From Protoeuglena noctilucae (lineage: Eukaryota): a DNA stretch of 64,000 nucleotides. Positions 1 through 11,558 of this stretch are shown piece by piece. How positions within the stretch are numbered: position 1 is the first letter of the stretch; each line of letters begins with the position of its first letter. The translations under genes were made by a program, and so were the position numbers. The stretch is from assembly GCA_958009085.1 (NCBI GenBank), contig OY253671.1, positions 310,001 through 374,000 on the forward strand, written 5' to 3'. Below the pieces are notes generated by a model. That model was not told where the DNA came from. It made no database searches and saw only the letters and a program-made list of their open reading frames with translations.

Positions 1-753
1 TGAGCTGGTCCTGGTTCCAAGTGTCGAGCGTCGTGGATCGAACGAAGGACACGTGCGTGCCCAGAGACCGGTGCACGCCCGCGCACCCGAGGCAGATGAA
101 GACGCCGTAAGGGATGGACGCCCACGTCGGGTTCTTCGCGGGACAGTCGAAACAAACCTGCGCTCGCGACAGGTGGCGCGGAAACGCTGAGAGCTCGCCG
201 AGCCGCGCGCGCATTCGCGTCCCGCTGCGCGTCGCAGGCACCGCGGAATCCTCGCGTCGACAGGCGCGGGCTGGGCAGCCTATAAGCCCCAAGCGCTTGC
301 TTATGAGATGGATCATTGGCAACCGGCCCTGCAGCGCGCCGGGCCTCCCCGAGGAGCGCTCGCGAGCATGGGCCCCTTGCCCGCGCTCTCCGAGAGACAG
401 CAGGAGCAAAGACAGCTCCCGCTGTGTACACGTCACATAATTGACAAAGGGAGCGGCCTGGGCGCGATAATGGCTGCCCCGGCGCCCAGTCCCAGGGGAA
501 TGGGGTCAAAGCGGAGCGAACGGCCGGGCGTTGCGGAACCTGGCAGTGAACATTGGCATCGTAACGCATGCTGAAACAGTCAAGGCGCCCGCCTTGTGCG
601 CCTCGACGCGGGGGGCCCGACTGACGTTCCCGTGGGCCTGCCTGGTCGGGATGCCCACCGAAGACCCACCTTATTCTCCGGCTTGGAGCGCATCTTGCGG
701 AACAGGACATCCCTGTCCAGCTCCCCCGAGTTTCCGAACTCCGCGGCGCTCAT
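1..753 (-). CDS. ADP-ribosylation factor GTPase-activating protein (ArfGAP2/3, AGD8-10/Glo3-like); 5' part only, runs off the window
   Basis: Exon 1 753-670 ([28 protein letters not shown]), GT-AG intron 669-158, exon 2 157-1 reading [52 protein letters not shown], the ArfGAP CxxC-x16-CxxC zinc finger plus HRSLG motif. Exon 2 is not in the supplied ORF track. Confidence 0.95.
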
Positions 754-1001
754 CTTGGTCACCGAGGGTCCCCGCCCGCAGGTCACTGCGCTAGGGGCCG
801 GGCGGGCGACTTGCGCGACGAGTGCGAGCGCGGAATCGTGAAGAGGTTGCACTGGCATTACCCTTCTGGCATGTTTTGCCAGAAATATCTGCCGACTTTC
901 CCCCAGCGTTGCTGCGTTCCAGCTTGCTGCGACTTTGGGCAGCTGGCAGGGGGCAGGGTCGGATGTCGCTGCACTGCGCTGGATCAACTTTTTCTGCTCG
1001 A

Positions 1002-3409
1002 ATGAAGGAGGACGCGGACACGCCTGGAGTAGGCCCATCAAGCAGCGGCCAGCAAGATAGCTCGGGAGAGACTCCGCAAGCCAAGCGGCGCAGGGTGGCG
1101 AGCTCACCCAGCCAAACAGTAACGGTGCGGAGCTGCCGGTTTTTTGCAAACGTTTAGGATGCCCGTCTCGCCCGCGTCCTCAATGAGCTTGCACTTGGTC
1201 CCAGGTGACCTTTGATGACCTCCCGACTGAGATATTGGAGACGATCTTCCAACAGGTCGGCTTCCCGGGCCGAAATGCCGTCGCGTGTGTCTGCCAGCGA
1301 TGGAGGGCCGTGGCTGCGATCAAGACGCACGTCGTGCGGCCCGGTCAGAGCCTGGAGACAGCTTTTGCGCATGTCGGTGAGCCTGCGCGACACTCAGGGG
1401 CCGAAACGCGAGGGGTCTGCCCGTTTTGTGACGAGGCCCTTTGGTGGCGCCCTGCAGAGGACGGGGACTCGATCGCGGTGCTGCCTGGTTTCTACGAGGA
1501 GGTCGTGGAGGTTCCCAAATGCGTCCGCATCTATTCCGCCGAGCCCGGGCCCACGTTCCTTTCCCCCTTCGAGCCGAGGGAGTCGCCGATCGGTGCGGTG
1601 ATCAGCGGAGTCGCCAGCGGCGTCCCCGGTCCCGACAGCGACTTCGGCTCGGACACTGAGAAAGCCGAGGAGTGGATCGAAGCAGCTGTGTCGCGTCTCA
1701 CACGCGCGCGCTCAGGGTTCATGTCCAACGTGCAGGTGGGCGCTGCGTCGTCATGGCGGGGCCATCGACGCAGGCGGCGGGGCAGACGATCAGAGCGCCA
1801 ACGCCGGCCCTCTCCTGCAGGAGGCGGAGCCACGGGTGGAGTCGAGCATGGCAAGCGCGGTGGCGGGAGTGGAGAACGCGCGGCAATGCATCGAGGAGCT
1901 GGCAGACCGGCTGCGGAAGGCCAAGGGTCAAGAGCACGGCCAGGGCTGGGCCGCACGCGGGTACCACATGGCGGCCGAGCTGGGCAAGACCCTCATGGAC
2001 ACAGTCGCCAGGGCCCACGCCCTCGAGGTCACCGCGCGACAGCTGATCGAAACCATGGGGACCGCGCGCCATTATTGGGGCCTGCCGGTGCAGCACGACG
2101 AGGAGTTCGCGAGGGCGCATGGCCCGGCGGACCCCCACGCGCCCTTCCCCGACACGCGTGCGACCGTTCAGGCGCCCATGGGCACTGTGGCGGTGCTGGT
2201 CTCCGCCAAGCGAGCGCGGTTCGAGCGCATGTGCTTCCGGGTCCCGGAGACCAACAGAGTGAGAGGGCTGTGCGCCAGTCAGCAGGGCCAGCGGCCGGGA
2301 GCACCATATTGGCCGACCAGCAAAGCACGCGCAGCAGCTGGAGCACGTGCTTTGCTAAGTCGTGCCAAGGGAGGGTGCTTTGATCCTTGCCCGCAGAACC
2401 GCTCCATCATTTCCTTCGGGATCAACTGCGAGACCATCAGCTGCGTCGACTGTGAGGTCCAGGGGCACGCGGGGCTCGTGGTGCCTTTCACGAGTCCCCC
2501 GGGGCGGTCCCTGGTGCTACGCAAGTGCCACATCCAATCAGGTGCGGACCGGCGTTGCGCTTCCTCATTCTCATCGCGTGCCTGACGCCCATGTTGGGCC
2601 CGCTCCCCGCCCTTTGGAACCATGACGAACGTGACGTCACTTGGCTGCAGTGATGGATTGCCCGGCCGTGATCGTGCACCGGGGAACGCTCGTCATGGAG
2701 GATTGCCGCGTCGACCAGTGCTGCGAGGCCGTCGTCGTGGGCCGCAACGCCACGGCACGCCTCCTGCGCTGCGACTTCTCTTTCAACGAGATCGGCGTCG
2801 TGTTCCAGGCGAGGCGTCTCTGACTTTCAGCTGTTGATAGTCACTAACTGTCAGTCCGCGCGAGACGGCATCGAGTCGCGGGCACGATGACCGACGCTGC
2901 CGTCACGCTCCCTGCAGGGATCCGGATCCATCTGCCACTGCGTCCTGTGGGGCAACAACGCCCTGTGCGACGGTAACCTGGCCGCCACGGCCTTCACGAG
3001 CCAGCTGGCGCTCCTCCGGCCTGTCAACGTGACGACGGGCGGCGGCCGCTGCGTGGTGTGGCGCAACTGGCTCCACCGCCGCGTGCGGCAGTGCTACGGC
3101 ACCCCCAGCAGCGCGCGCGAGTACATCCAAGCGTGCGTCTACTCCAAGTCGCAGCGGCTCGAGCACCTCCTCATGCAGGCCTACCCCGAGGGCGTGGCGT
3201 ATGTGCAGGAGCAGGTTGAGGGAGAGGACATGGCATCTGAGACGACAGAGCCGACGCCCGTGTCCTCCAATCCGGACGAGGAGGACGAGGAGGATGAGGA
3301 CATGACGCACACGCCGAGCGACAGCGACGGGGGGTCCCCTGACCCGAGTGAAGCGTCGGGTGGCATGGGCTGGCACATACAGGTGCCCTGGGTAACGCAT
3401 CTGCCATGA
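1002..3409 (+). CDS. F-box protein with probable right-handed parallel beta-helix (pectin-lyase-like) domain
   Basis: F-box motif TFDDLPTEILETIFQQVGFPGRNAVACVCQRWRAV at 1208-1313, then DGDSIAVLPGFYEEVVEV and Cys/Val-rich beta-helix-like segments (ISCVDCEVQG, LVMEDCRVDQC, LLRCDFSFNEIGVVF, ICHCVLWGNN). About 7 exons; an alternative in-frame ATG lies at 963. Confidence 0.75.
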
Positions 3410-3448
3410 CGGGGAGCGAGTTGTTGGGTTCAAAGTCTACAGGGCTGT

Positions 3449-3453
3449 TGTAA
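3449..3453 (+). promoter_or_regulatory. TGTAA candidate polyadenylation signal (F-box gene)
   Basis: 40 nt after the stop. UGUAA is the established near-upstream poly(A) element of Chlamydomonas and related chlorophytes. Confidence 0.5.
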
Positions 3454-3690
3454 CGCCAAGTCTGGAAGGCTACGGCAAGAGGAGGGCTCAGCCTGCCAAG
3501 CAACGAACGCAGCCAATGGCCCTTCCTAAGGAAAGAGCCGGCCGATGTCTGCGGCGTAGGGTTCGCGGGGCGTCTTGGCTTAGAAAGACGCGGAAAGGCG
3601 CTTATTAGAGGGACTGGGCATTGCATCCAAACCGTCGCGTGTGCGCCCGACTGCCAGACGGGGCTGGCTGCACCCGTGGCCACCGGCGGC

Positions 3691-5522
3691 CTAGGACGGC
3701 AGGTTCAGCTTACGCTTGCGGTGCTCTACGCGGTAGGCCCATATGTTGGCCAGGGTCACGGCGCCGCCCACCGCCAGGTAGTAGGCCAGCGTCGAGTGCC
3801 AGCCGATGTTCTGCAAAGAGTAGCCGATGGTGGTGACGCAGATGCCCAGGAACGCCAGAACCGGAGTGTCGAAGACGCCCTGTGCGGGACAGGAGGGACG
3901 GAAGCTGGTTCGGAGAAGCAAGGGCCAGGAGGAGCCTAGGTGGAGTCACGGAGACGGGGGCGGTGGGGAGACGCGGTGGCGGGCCGCGCAGATGGATTGG
4001 TCCCCACTTCGGCCGTCACCTGAGACAGAATCTTCTCGCGAGGGTCTTTGATCTTGGACATAAATCCCTGCGTGCCCAGCACGCTGGCAGCCACGTAACT
4101 GAAGGACCACCCGGCGCCCATCAGGGCCAAACCCAAGAAGTAAACCCTGAAGGGGGACCGGGTAAGATTGTTGACAACGAAACAAGGTGAAAGACCGGCT
4201 TCAGCAGGAAGACTGTGAGGCAGGGTGAAAGGCGGCGCTGGAAGTGCGGCATGCATGGCTCTTGGGCCATCCCAGGCCCCGTGCACTCCCCCCGCAGTCC
4301 TGACCCTCACCAGAGCCCGCCGGTCGCGAAGTAGACCCCGGTGGCCGCTGCCTTGACGAGGAACCCGATGAGCAGAACGCGGATGGCCCCGATGCGCTTG
4401 GCGAGGCTGCCGTTGATGAAGGCGGGACCGAACATGCACAACAGGTGCACCTCGATGGCGGTGATGCGCACGTTGAGGCTGTAACCATGCGACGCCATGA
4501 CGACGGGCGTGGCGCTCGTCAACGCCGCCATCCACGCGTAGGCCCAGGCCGCCGCGAGCATGGGCAGCGTGAAGGACTTGTGGTTGACCATCTCCCAGAT
4601 GGACCTCACGATCTCGCGAGGACTCGCCCGCCAGCCGCCCCAGGCGGGCGGAGGAGGCAGGCGCACCCGGCCCCACTGCGCCAGCACCCCGATAGCCAGC
4701 AGCTGCACCACGTAGATGATGAGGACCACCACGTAGATGCCCGTGTACTCGCTCCCGTGGATCATGTTCCTCGCGCGGCGGGAGCTCTCCGGGCCGACGA
4801 GGGCCGACAGGATGGCGCCCGCGACGAGCATGGAGAGGGCGCGGGGGCGCTCGGCGGGTAACGTGAAGTCCTGTGCTGCAAAGCGCAGGCTGTTGGCGAG
4901 CGCGTACATGTATCCCTGGGGCAAAATGCCGATGATGAGCAGCGTAGTGGACTTGGCGCGCATGCCGAAGATTTGGATGATGGCCCCGGCAATCGCCGCG
5001 ACTCCGCCCGTGAGGTACACCCACCGCCGGCCCACCACGCCCATCATGAGGCTGCCGGGGATGGCCGAGATGGCCGAGGTGAGGAGCATGACCCCGAAAG
5101 AGAGGGTGCTGGTGCCGCGGTTGCCCGTGAGCGCCAGGACGATCGACGGCGTGTTGGAGACCTGCGACGCACGGACGGCGCGGAAAGATCGAGTCCCTGG
5201 GGCCCTTTCGCGACGCAAAAGGGGGAAAGACCAGGTGGCGGCTTAAAATGAACACGGTCACAGCGGATGCGGGGCGAGAGGTGGCTTGTGGGCGAAGAAA
5301 GAGGGCGCGTGGTACCTGCAAGAAGAAGCTCGAGACGGCCATGCACCAGCCGACGGACAGGAGCGAGATGTTCCACCAACGCTGTCCAAAACTCATAGCG
5401 TCGGCCGGGGACGCCGGCGGCGCTGTCGATGCGCCCAGGTTCTTGGTCCGCTCCTCATCCTCCAACTTAATGTCCTTCTCCCCCTCCGGCGCCCGGCTGT
5501 CTTGCTCGGAGTCAGTCTCCAT
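3691..5522 (-). CDS. MFS transporter resembling the bacterial RfnT riboflavin-transporter-like family
   Basis: About 12 hydrophobic segments over 4 exons. Motifs GRRWVY, LRFAAQDFTLPAERPRALSMLVAGAILSALVGPE, ATPVVM, HLLCMFGPAFINGSLAKRIG, LMGAGWSFSYVAA. Family call is from remembered motifs, not a search. Confidence 0.8.
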
Positions 5523-5865
5523 ATCGCTCAACAAAAAGCGAGAACCACGCGGTCACGCACGCGTCGCTGAGGCGACGGGTAGGCGCCAAGGGCGAAGGGG
5601 CCACCTGGACCCTCCCAGAGGACCACCAAGAAAGCCGGGTCGCGGGCAGGACAGGGCACGAGAGCCTATAGATGTTTACTCGCGATGCTCTGCAGTGACA
5701 CCGACGACCGCATCCGAGTAGTTTTTCAAGAATGACGGGCATGACACCATGCGCACTGACGCATGCCAGCTCAGCAAGCACCGACAGGCACGAGCACGCT
5801 GCCGCCGCCCACCCAATCGCAGCAAAGAGCCTGCCGCACTCAGAGGCTGGCCTTGGACGCGTGTG

Positions 5866-8198
5866 TCAGAGGAAGTAGTCGGGAGTCCGCCGCGTGATCT
5901 CTGGCTCGCCCCTGCGAGGGAACGGAAGCGATAGGGAGCGACGTAAGTGGGCGGCGCAGCGGCGCCAGCGGTCGCAGCGGAGCGTCGACGCGCCGCGTGC
6001 GGCGGGAGCCTCGCCTTCGTGGCGCGGGGTCGAACTGAAGGAACGTCTTGCCCATCTGCTCGTCGACCTCCATGATGGCCGCCGTGTTGCCGCACCGGTA
6101 GCAGTAGTTGGGGGCCGAGAAGATGGTGACCACGCTCTGGTCGTGGCACCAGTTGTACCCCTCCATGACCAGCTGGTGGGCCCGCGACACGAGGTTGAGC
6201 CCGTTGGTGTGGTTGAACTGCTCCGAGATGTCCTGCCCGAACGTGTACCCCGCGCCGCGCGGCGAGATGCCCCAGCCCATGCGCTCGTCGGGATCCGACC
6301 ACAACAGGTCGCACATGGGCCCCTCGTGCGGCACCTCCTGCACACGGTCCAAGTCGCGGATGTGGTCGAGCGTGTCGAGCGTCGGCGACAGGCCCCCGTG
6401 CAGCGAGAAGATCTCGTTCTCCACCAGCGCCGTCAGGGGGAGGTAGTCGAACAAATCCGTGAAGTACTTCCACACGTTGGCGTTGCCGTACTTGCGGAGG
6501 CACTCGTCATAGAAACCGTACACCTGTGGGGGCGCATGGGCGTGCGGGTGCCAATCCCGACCCAGCCGCGAGGGAGACCGTGCGCGGGAGGCCCGTCCGA
6601 GCGCACCTGGGTGATCTGCCGGCTCTCGTGGTTGCCCCGCAGGATGGTGATGCGATCCCGGAAGCGAACCTTCAGCGCCACCAGCAGCGTCACCGTCTCC
6701 ACGCTGTGGTATCCCCGATCCACGAAGTCCCCCATAAACAAGTAGTTGGTGTCCGGCGAGTTGCCCCCGATGCGGAAAAGCTCGATCAAGTCATGGAACT
6801 GCCCGTGGATGTCCCCGCAGACCGTGACCGGGCACTTCACCGGCTGCACGTTGCTCTCCTCGATCAGGATCTCCCGCGCCTTATCGCAAAGACTCTTAAC
6901 CTGCGGGGGCGCGGGGCACGCGGGCCTCGGGCGGCGCGGAACGGGCGCCGCAAGCTCTCGGCAGGCGCGCCTGCCCCGTTCCGGGGCCGCCGCGGCAGGG
7001 ACGGCCCACTCTCCCCACAACCACCACTCATGAGCCTCAAGGACGCAGGAAACGCGCCCGCGAATGCCCGGGGGCGGCCAGGGCGGCAAAAGAGGGCGAC
7101 ATCGGGCTCCCGCGGCTCTCCGCCCCGTCCTCGAGCCGGGAGCGAAGACAGGGCGGGCGCGAGCGCGTGAGGTCCTCCCCGACGCAGACAGCGAGCGGAT
7201 CGCGCCGTGGCAATGGAGCCCGCGCCTTATCGCAAAGACTCTTAACCTGCGGGGGCGCGGGGCACGCGGGCCTCGGGCGGCGCGGAACGGGCGCCGCAAG
7301 CTCTCGGCAGGCGCGCCTGCCCCGTTCCGGGGCCGCCGCGGCAGGGACGGCCCACTCTCCCCACAACCACCACTCATGAGCCTCAAGGACGCAGGAAACG
7401 CGCCCGCGAATGCCCGGGGGCGGCCAGGGCGGCAAAAGAGGGCGACATCGGGCTCCCGCGGCTCTCCGCCCCGTCCTCGAGCCGGGAGCGAAGACAGGGC
7501 GGGCGCGAGCGCGTGAGGTCCTCCCCGACGCAGACAGCGAGCGGATCGCGCCGTGGCAATGGAGCCCGCGGCGATCTCGCGCGGTCCATGCAGCCAGTTG
7601 ACTCCCGGTTGCGACCCCGGGGCGCGTCGCGAAAGCCCACGCCGCCCGACCGCACGCCCCATCGCAAAAACCCCGACGGAAACCGCCGTCGCGTCCCGGG
7701 GCGGGCGAGCGCGACGGAGGACAGTGGGGCGGCCGCTCTGCGCCCGGGAGGGAAGTCCCAGCAGCCCCCGACGATGGGTCCTGGCCAGGACAGCATCATG
7801 AACAACGCGGGGCACGAAAGGGGCCCCGGTTTTCAAACCCCCCGCGCATCTCGCTGCTCCCGAGCCGGGGACGAGCTCGCGCCGGGGAGCCAGGCGAGCG
7901 TCGCGTCCCCAACGAGAATGGGGAACATTTCCCGCCCGCAGCGAAACGCTCGCGAGGAGGAGGCAGCCGTGGGACGGGAATCAGGGCCTTGGGGAAAAGT
8001 GCCGCTCTGGGGCCTCCCTAAGCGGTGCAGGCCCCCGCCCACGGTCCCGCCGTCCTCCCCGGAAGCCAACGACAGCGGGGGCCAGGCGCGAGGCCGCCCG
8101 GTCACCTGCTCCTCCGTCAAGACCTCGCATTTCCGCAACTTCTCAATCTGCCCGTCCAAGTCCGCCAGGAACGAGAGCTGCTCCTTGTCGAAGGACAT
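5866..8198 (-). CDS. PP2A-C: Serine/threonine protein phosphatase 2A catalytic subunit (313 aa)
   Basis: Exons 8198-8106, 6900-6607, 6523-6015, 5911-5866 total 942 nt in frame. Motifs [31 protein letters not shown] and the PP2A C-terminus TRRTPDYFL. The last intron is GC-AG. Confidence 0.97.
6873..7570. repeat. Apparently perfect 346-bp direct tandem duplication with CCCGCG microhomology, overlapping the PP2A intron 1/exon 2 boundary
   Basis: 6873-7218 repeats at 7219-7564. CCCGCG occurs at 6873, 7219 and 7565 (period 346). Confidence 0.95.
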
Positions 8199-8517
8199 GT
8201 CCCGCTCCTCCCTCCCTCCGGCGCGCTCGACGGAGCGCAAAAACACACCCAACCGGGTCCAGCGATCCTTTGCTCGAGGGCGCGAGGGCGCGCGATAACG
8301 ACTCGTCGATCGGCGACGCCGTGACCAGGACCAGGACTGGCCAGCCGGGCGAGGGCGTTCGCGCTGAAAGTGCTTGATCTGGCGCCAGACCGACGTTTTG
8401 CGTTCATTCGCCCCGCGCCGAGGTGCTCGCGGCCCTTCTCCGTCCCCTCCATCACCACTTCCCGGTAAAGAAGAGTCTGGTCGGGCAGAGAGAGGAGGGA
8501 CGGCGCAGCGACCCACG

Positions 8518-10709
8518 ATGGCCGGCAGGCAAGCGCGCCCGCACCCCTTTGGCCCAGGACCCCCGCATCCGTGTCGCTAAGTTAAACGCGACGACATCCG
8601 CGAGTCGGGCGCGTCAACGCCCTCGCCGATCTCGCGCGCGGGCGACCTCCCGCCCGCTCGACCCCGTGCCCGATGGAGCCGCCCTCCACGCGCGACACTG
8701 GCTCGCGGATGGACGTTTAGCTGCAGCGCGCTCCCGTCCCCGACCTCACCGGGGGCGGCTGGGCCTGTTCCTGCTTTCACGCGCGCGTAACAAGAGTTGC
8801 CCGCCTCGCGGGAGGGTCCCTGCCAAAGCTGCGCCCTCCCCACGCTCGCTTGCGTCCCTCGCTTTACCACCGCCGAGCCCCGGGCGGGGAGAAGGGAAGG
8901 CGCGTATGGGGCGCGCTCACGGGCTGCCGCCTCGCTTGCCTCTCCCAGGGTGGTTGAGGGGGGCGGCCTGGGGCAGGATGATGCGACGCTCGAGTTCGAA
9001 ACGTCCAAGGACGTTCGGGTTTTCACGTCGTTCGACGTCATGGACTTGAAGGTGACGCGCTGGCGCGGAGCCCACCCACGCCGCTGCCCCCACGCCGCCG
9101 GTCCCGCCCGCACCCGCCCGCGCGGGTCCTTACTTTCGCTGCTATCCTCTGCCGCCGCGCAGGAGGACCTGTTGCGCGGCATCTACACGTACGGGTTCAA
9201 CAAGCCCTCGGCCATCCAGCAGCGCGCCATCGTGCCCATCATCAAGGGCCGCGACGTGATCGCGCAGGCGCAGTCGGGGACGGGCAAGTCGTCGCTGATC
9301 GCGCTGACGATGTGCCAGGTCGCCGACACCGCGTCGAGGGAGGTGCAGGCGCTGTGCCTGTCGCCGACGCGTGAGTTGGCGGTGCAGACGGAGAAGGTGG
9401 TGCTGGCTTTGGGGGACTTCATGAGCATCCAGGCGCACGCTTGCATCGGGGGCAAGTCAATCGGGGGCGACATCCAGAAGCTGGAGAGCGGGGTGCAGAT
9501 CGTGTCGGGCACGCCGGGGCGCGTGTTTGACATGATCCAACGGCGCAACCTGCGCACGCGGTCCATCAAGATGCTCGTGCTGGACGAGGCCGACGAGATG
9601 CTCAGCAAGGTGGGGGCACCGGGCCCGCAGGCGTTGGGGCGGGGTGCGCGCCGGGGTGCGTGGCGCGTGCAGGAGCCGAGCCGGCCCCCCCCGGTCCGCG
9701 CACGCCGCAGGGGTTCAAGGAGCAAATCTACGACGTGTACCGGTACCTCCCTCCCGAGACGCAAGTGGTGCTGGTGTCGGCGACGCTCCCTCACGAGGTC
9801 CTGGAGATGACGCGCAAGTTCATGACAGACCCCGTGCGCATCCTCGTCAAGCGCGACGAGCTGACGCTGGAGGGGATCAAGCAGTTCTTCGTGGCGGTGG
9901 AGAGGGAGGAGTGGAAGTTCGACACGCTGTGCGACCTCTACGACACGCTCACCATCACGCAGGCCGTCATCTTCTGCAACACGAAGAAGAAGGTTGACTG
10001 GTTGACGGACAAGATGCGACAGAACAACTTCACCGTCTCGGCCATGCACGGGGACATGCCGCAGAAGGAGCGCGACGAGATCATGCAGGAGTTCCGGGAG
10101 GGGAAGGTGGGTGGGTGGGTGCTTGCGGGCGGGCGATGGGGTGCGCTGGCAGGCGTTGGGGTGCACTACGGGCGGGCAGTGGTGGCACGGAGCTGCCGGG
10201 ACGGTCGGGGGTGGGGGATGTAGGCTCTGCAGATCCCAGGGCATGAGGCTGGCAGGGGCCAGGGGCGGTGCTGTGCCAACCCCGTGCCAACTCTGCTGCC
10301 CCTACCCTGACTGAGGCGGCTTGAGCCCCGGTGGCCCGCAGTCTCGGGTGCTGATCACGACGGACGTGTGGGCACGCGGCCTCGACGTCTCGAACGTGTC
10401 CCTGGTCATCAACTATGACCTCCCCAACAATCGTGAGCTCTACATCCACCGCATTGGTCGGTCGGGGCGTTTCGGGAGGAAGGGTGTGGCCATCAACTTC
10501 GTCCGGGTGCGCCGCGTTGTCCCATGCCGCGCCGCTTTGATGTGCGCGCCGCAGCTTGAGCGTTCCTGCCACGTCTCGACGCCCACGGTTGCACGGTTGC
10601 CGCCTGCTTGCACTTGCAGAACGACGACGTCAGGATCCTGCGGGATATCGAGCAGTACTATTCGACGCAAATCGACGAGATGCCGATGAACGTCCAGGAC
10701 CTTATCTAA
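8518..10709 (+). CDS. EIF4A3: DEAD-box RNA helicase eIF4A-III (exon junction complex core)
   Basis: [89 protein letters not shown], end MPMNVQDLI*. The start at 8518 is inferred from an 11-nt first exon and a GC-AG intron 8529-8948. Confidence 0.95.
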
Positions 10710-10827
10710 AAAGAGTCGAGAGCTGGTGCGGGGAGCAGGGTGGGGCATGTGTTGCGGGCGGCGCCGGCTGCACTGCTGTGGCGGCTGTGCGGCCTAGCAA
10801 GCGAGCCATGGGCATGGTCCTGATAGC

Positions 10828-10883
10828 TGCTTAGTCTCCGCTGCTTGACGTTCGATGCTTAGTCTCCGCTGCTTGACGTTCGA
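10828..10883. repeat. 28-bp perfect tandem duplication downstream of eIF4A-III
   Basis: TGCTTAGTCTCCGCTGCTTGACGTTCGA twice, 10828-10855 and 10856-10883. Confidence 0.9.
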
Positions 10884-11558
10884 AAACCGATTCCTGATGA
10901 GACAGCGTGACTGTACCCCATTCGCACTGCGACATGACAAGCTGGCCCAAGAACGCCAGACGAGCACTTGCGCCTGCACGGTGAGGCACGGGGCAGGGCT
11001 CCCACGCGTGTGCCGCACCGCCTTCGGGAGCGCCCTTTGCTCGACCGCAGAGCCCTCTCTGTGGCAGTGATGCCTGGCAACCCAGTGTCGTCTTCAAAAA
11101 GCTCGAAAGCTCGGCTCGTGGACACCGTGCTATGAGGGAAGAGAGCCCGCGCGTCTCCACGCAGCAGCAGGAGGACTCATCGCCAGCAACTGGCAACGAC
11201 ACATCTGATACGGCACCACCTGGCGAAACGGTGCAGAGAGGTGGACAGGTACTGGTAGGAAGTGCAGCTTGACACAGCTCGCCCGGGCTGGCAGGCTGCG
11301 GACCTCTGCGCCTCAGAGAGAGCTGTGGATGGCAAGTGGGTGGCAAGCGGGGGGCATGGGCAAGCGTGACGTGATGGCAAGGCAAGGGGGGGTACGTCCA
11401 GGGCTCGGCCTCTGGCTCAACGGTGAGTGATCTACACAAACGGCAGCTGGGAGTGCAACCACCGCCAACATCCGCATGACTCGACGGCAGTGGTGGGCCT
11501 CGGGAACTCACAGGCGCAAACGCGCGCGAGGCGAAGTGAGGCGAAGGGGAGCAAGGCA

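Noticed and set aside
158..669. ncRNA hidden in the long ArfGAP intron 1
   Set aside because: Only short stems such as GCTCCC/GGGAGC and no boxes. Long first introns are the general pattern in this window.
10700..10712. Non-standard genetic code (TAA/TAG as Gln, as in some ulvophytes)
   Set aside because: eIF4A-III ends at TAA exactly at its conserved C-terminus, TRAPPC5 ends at TAA and REV3 at TAG. I found no in-frame TAR in conserved exons.
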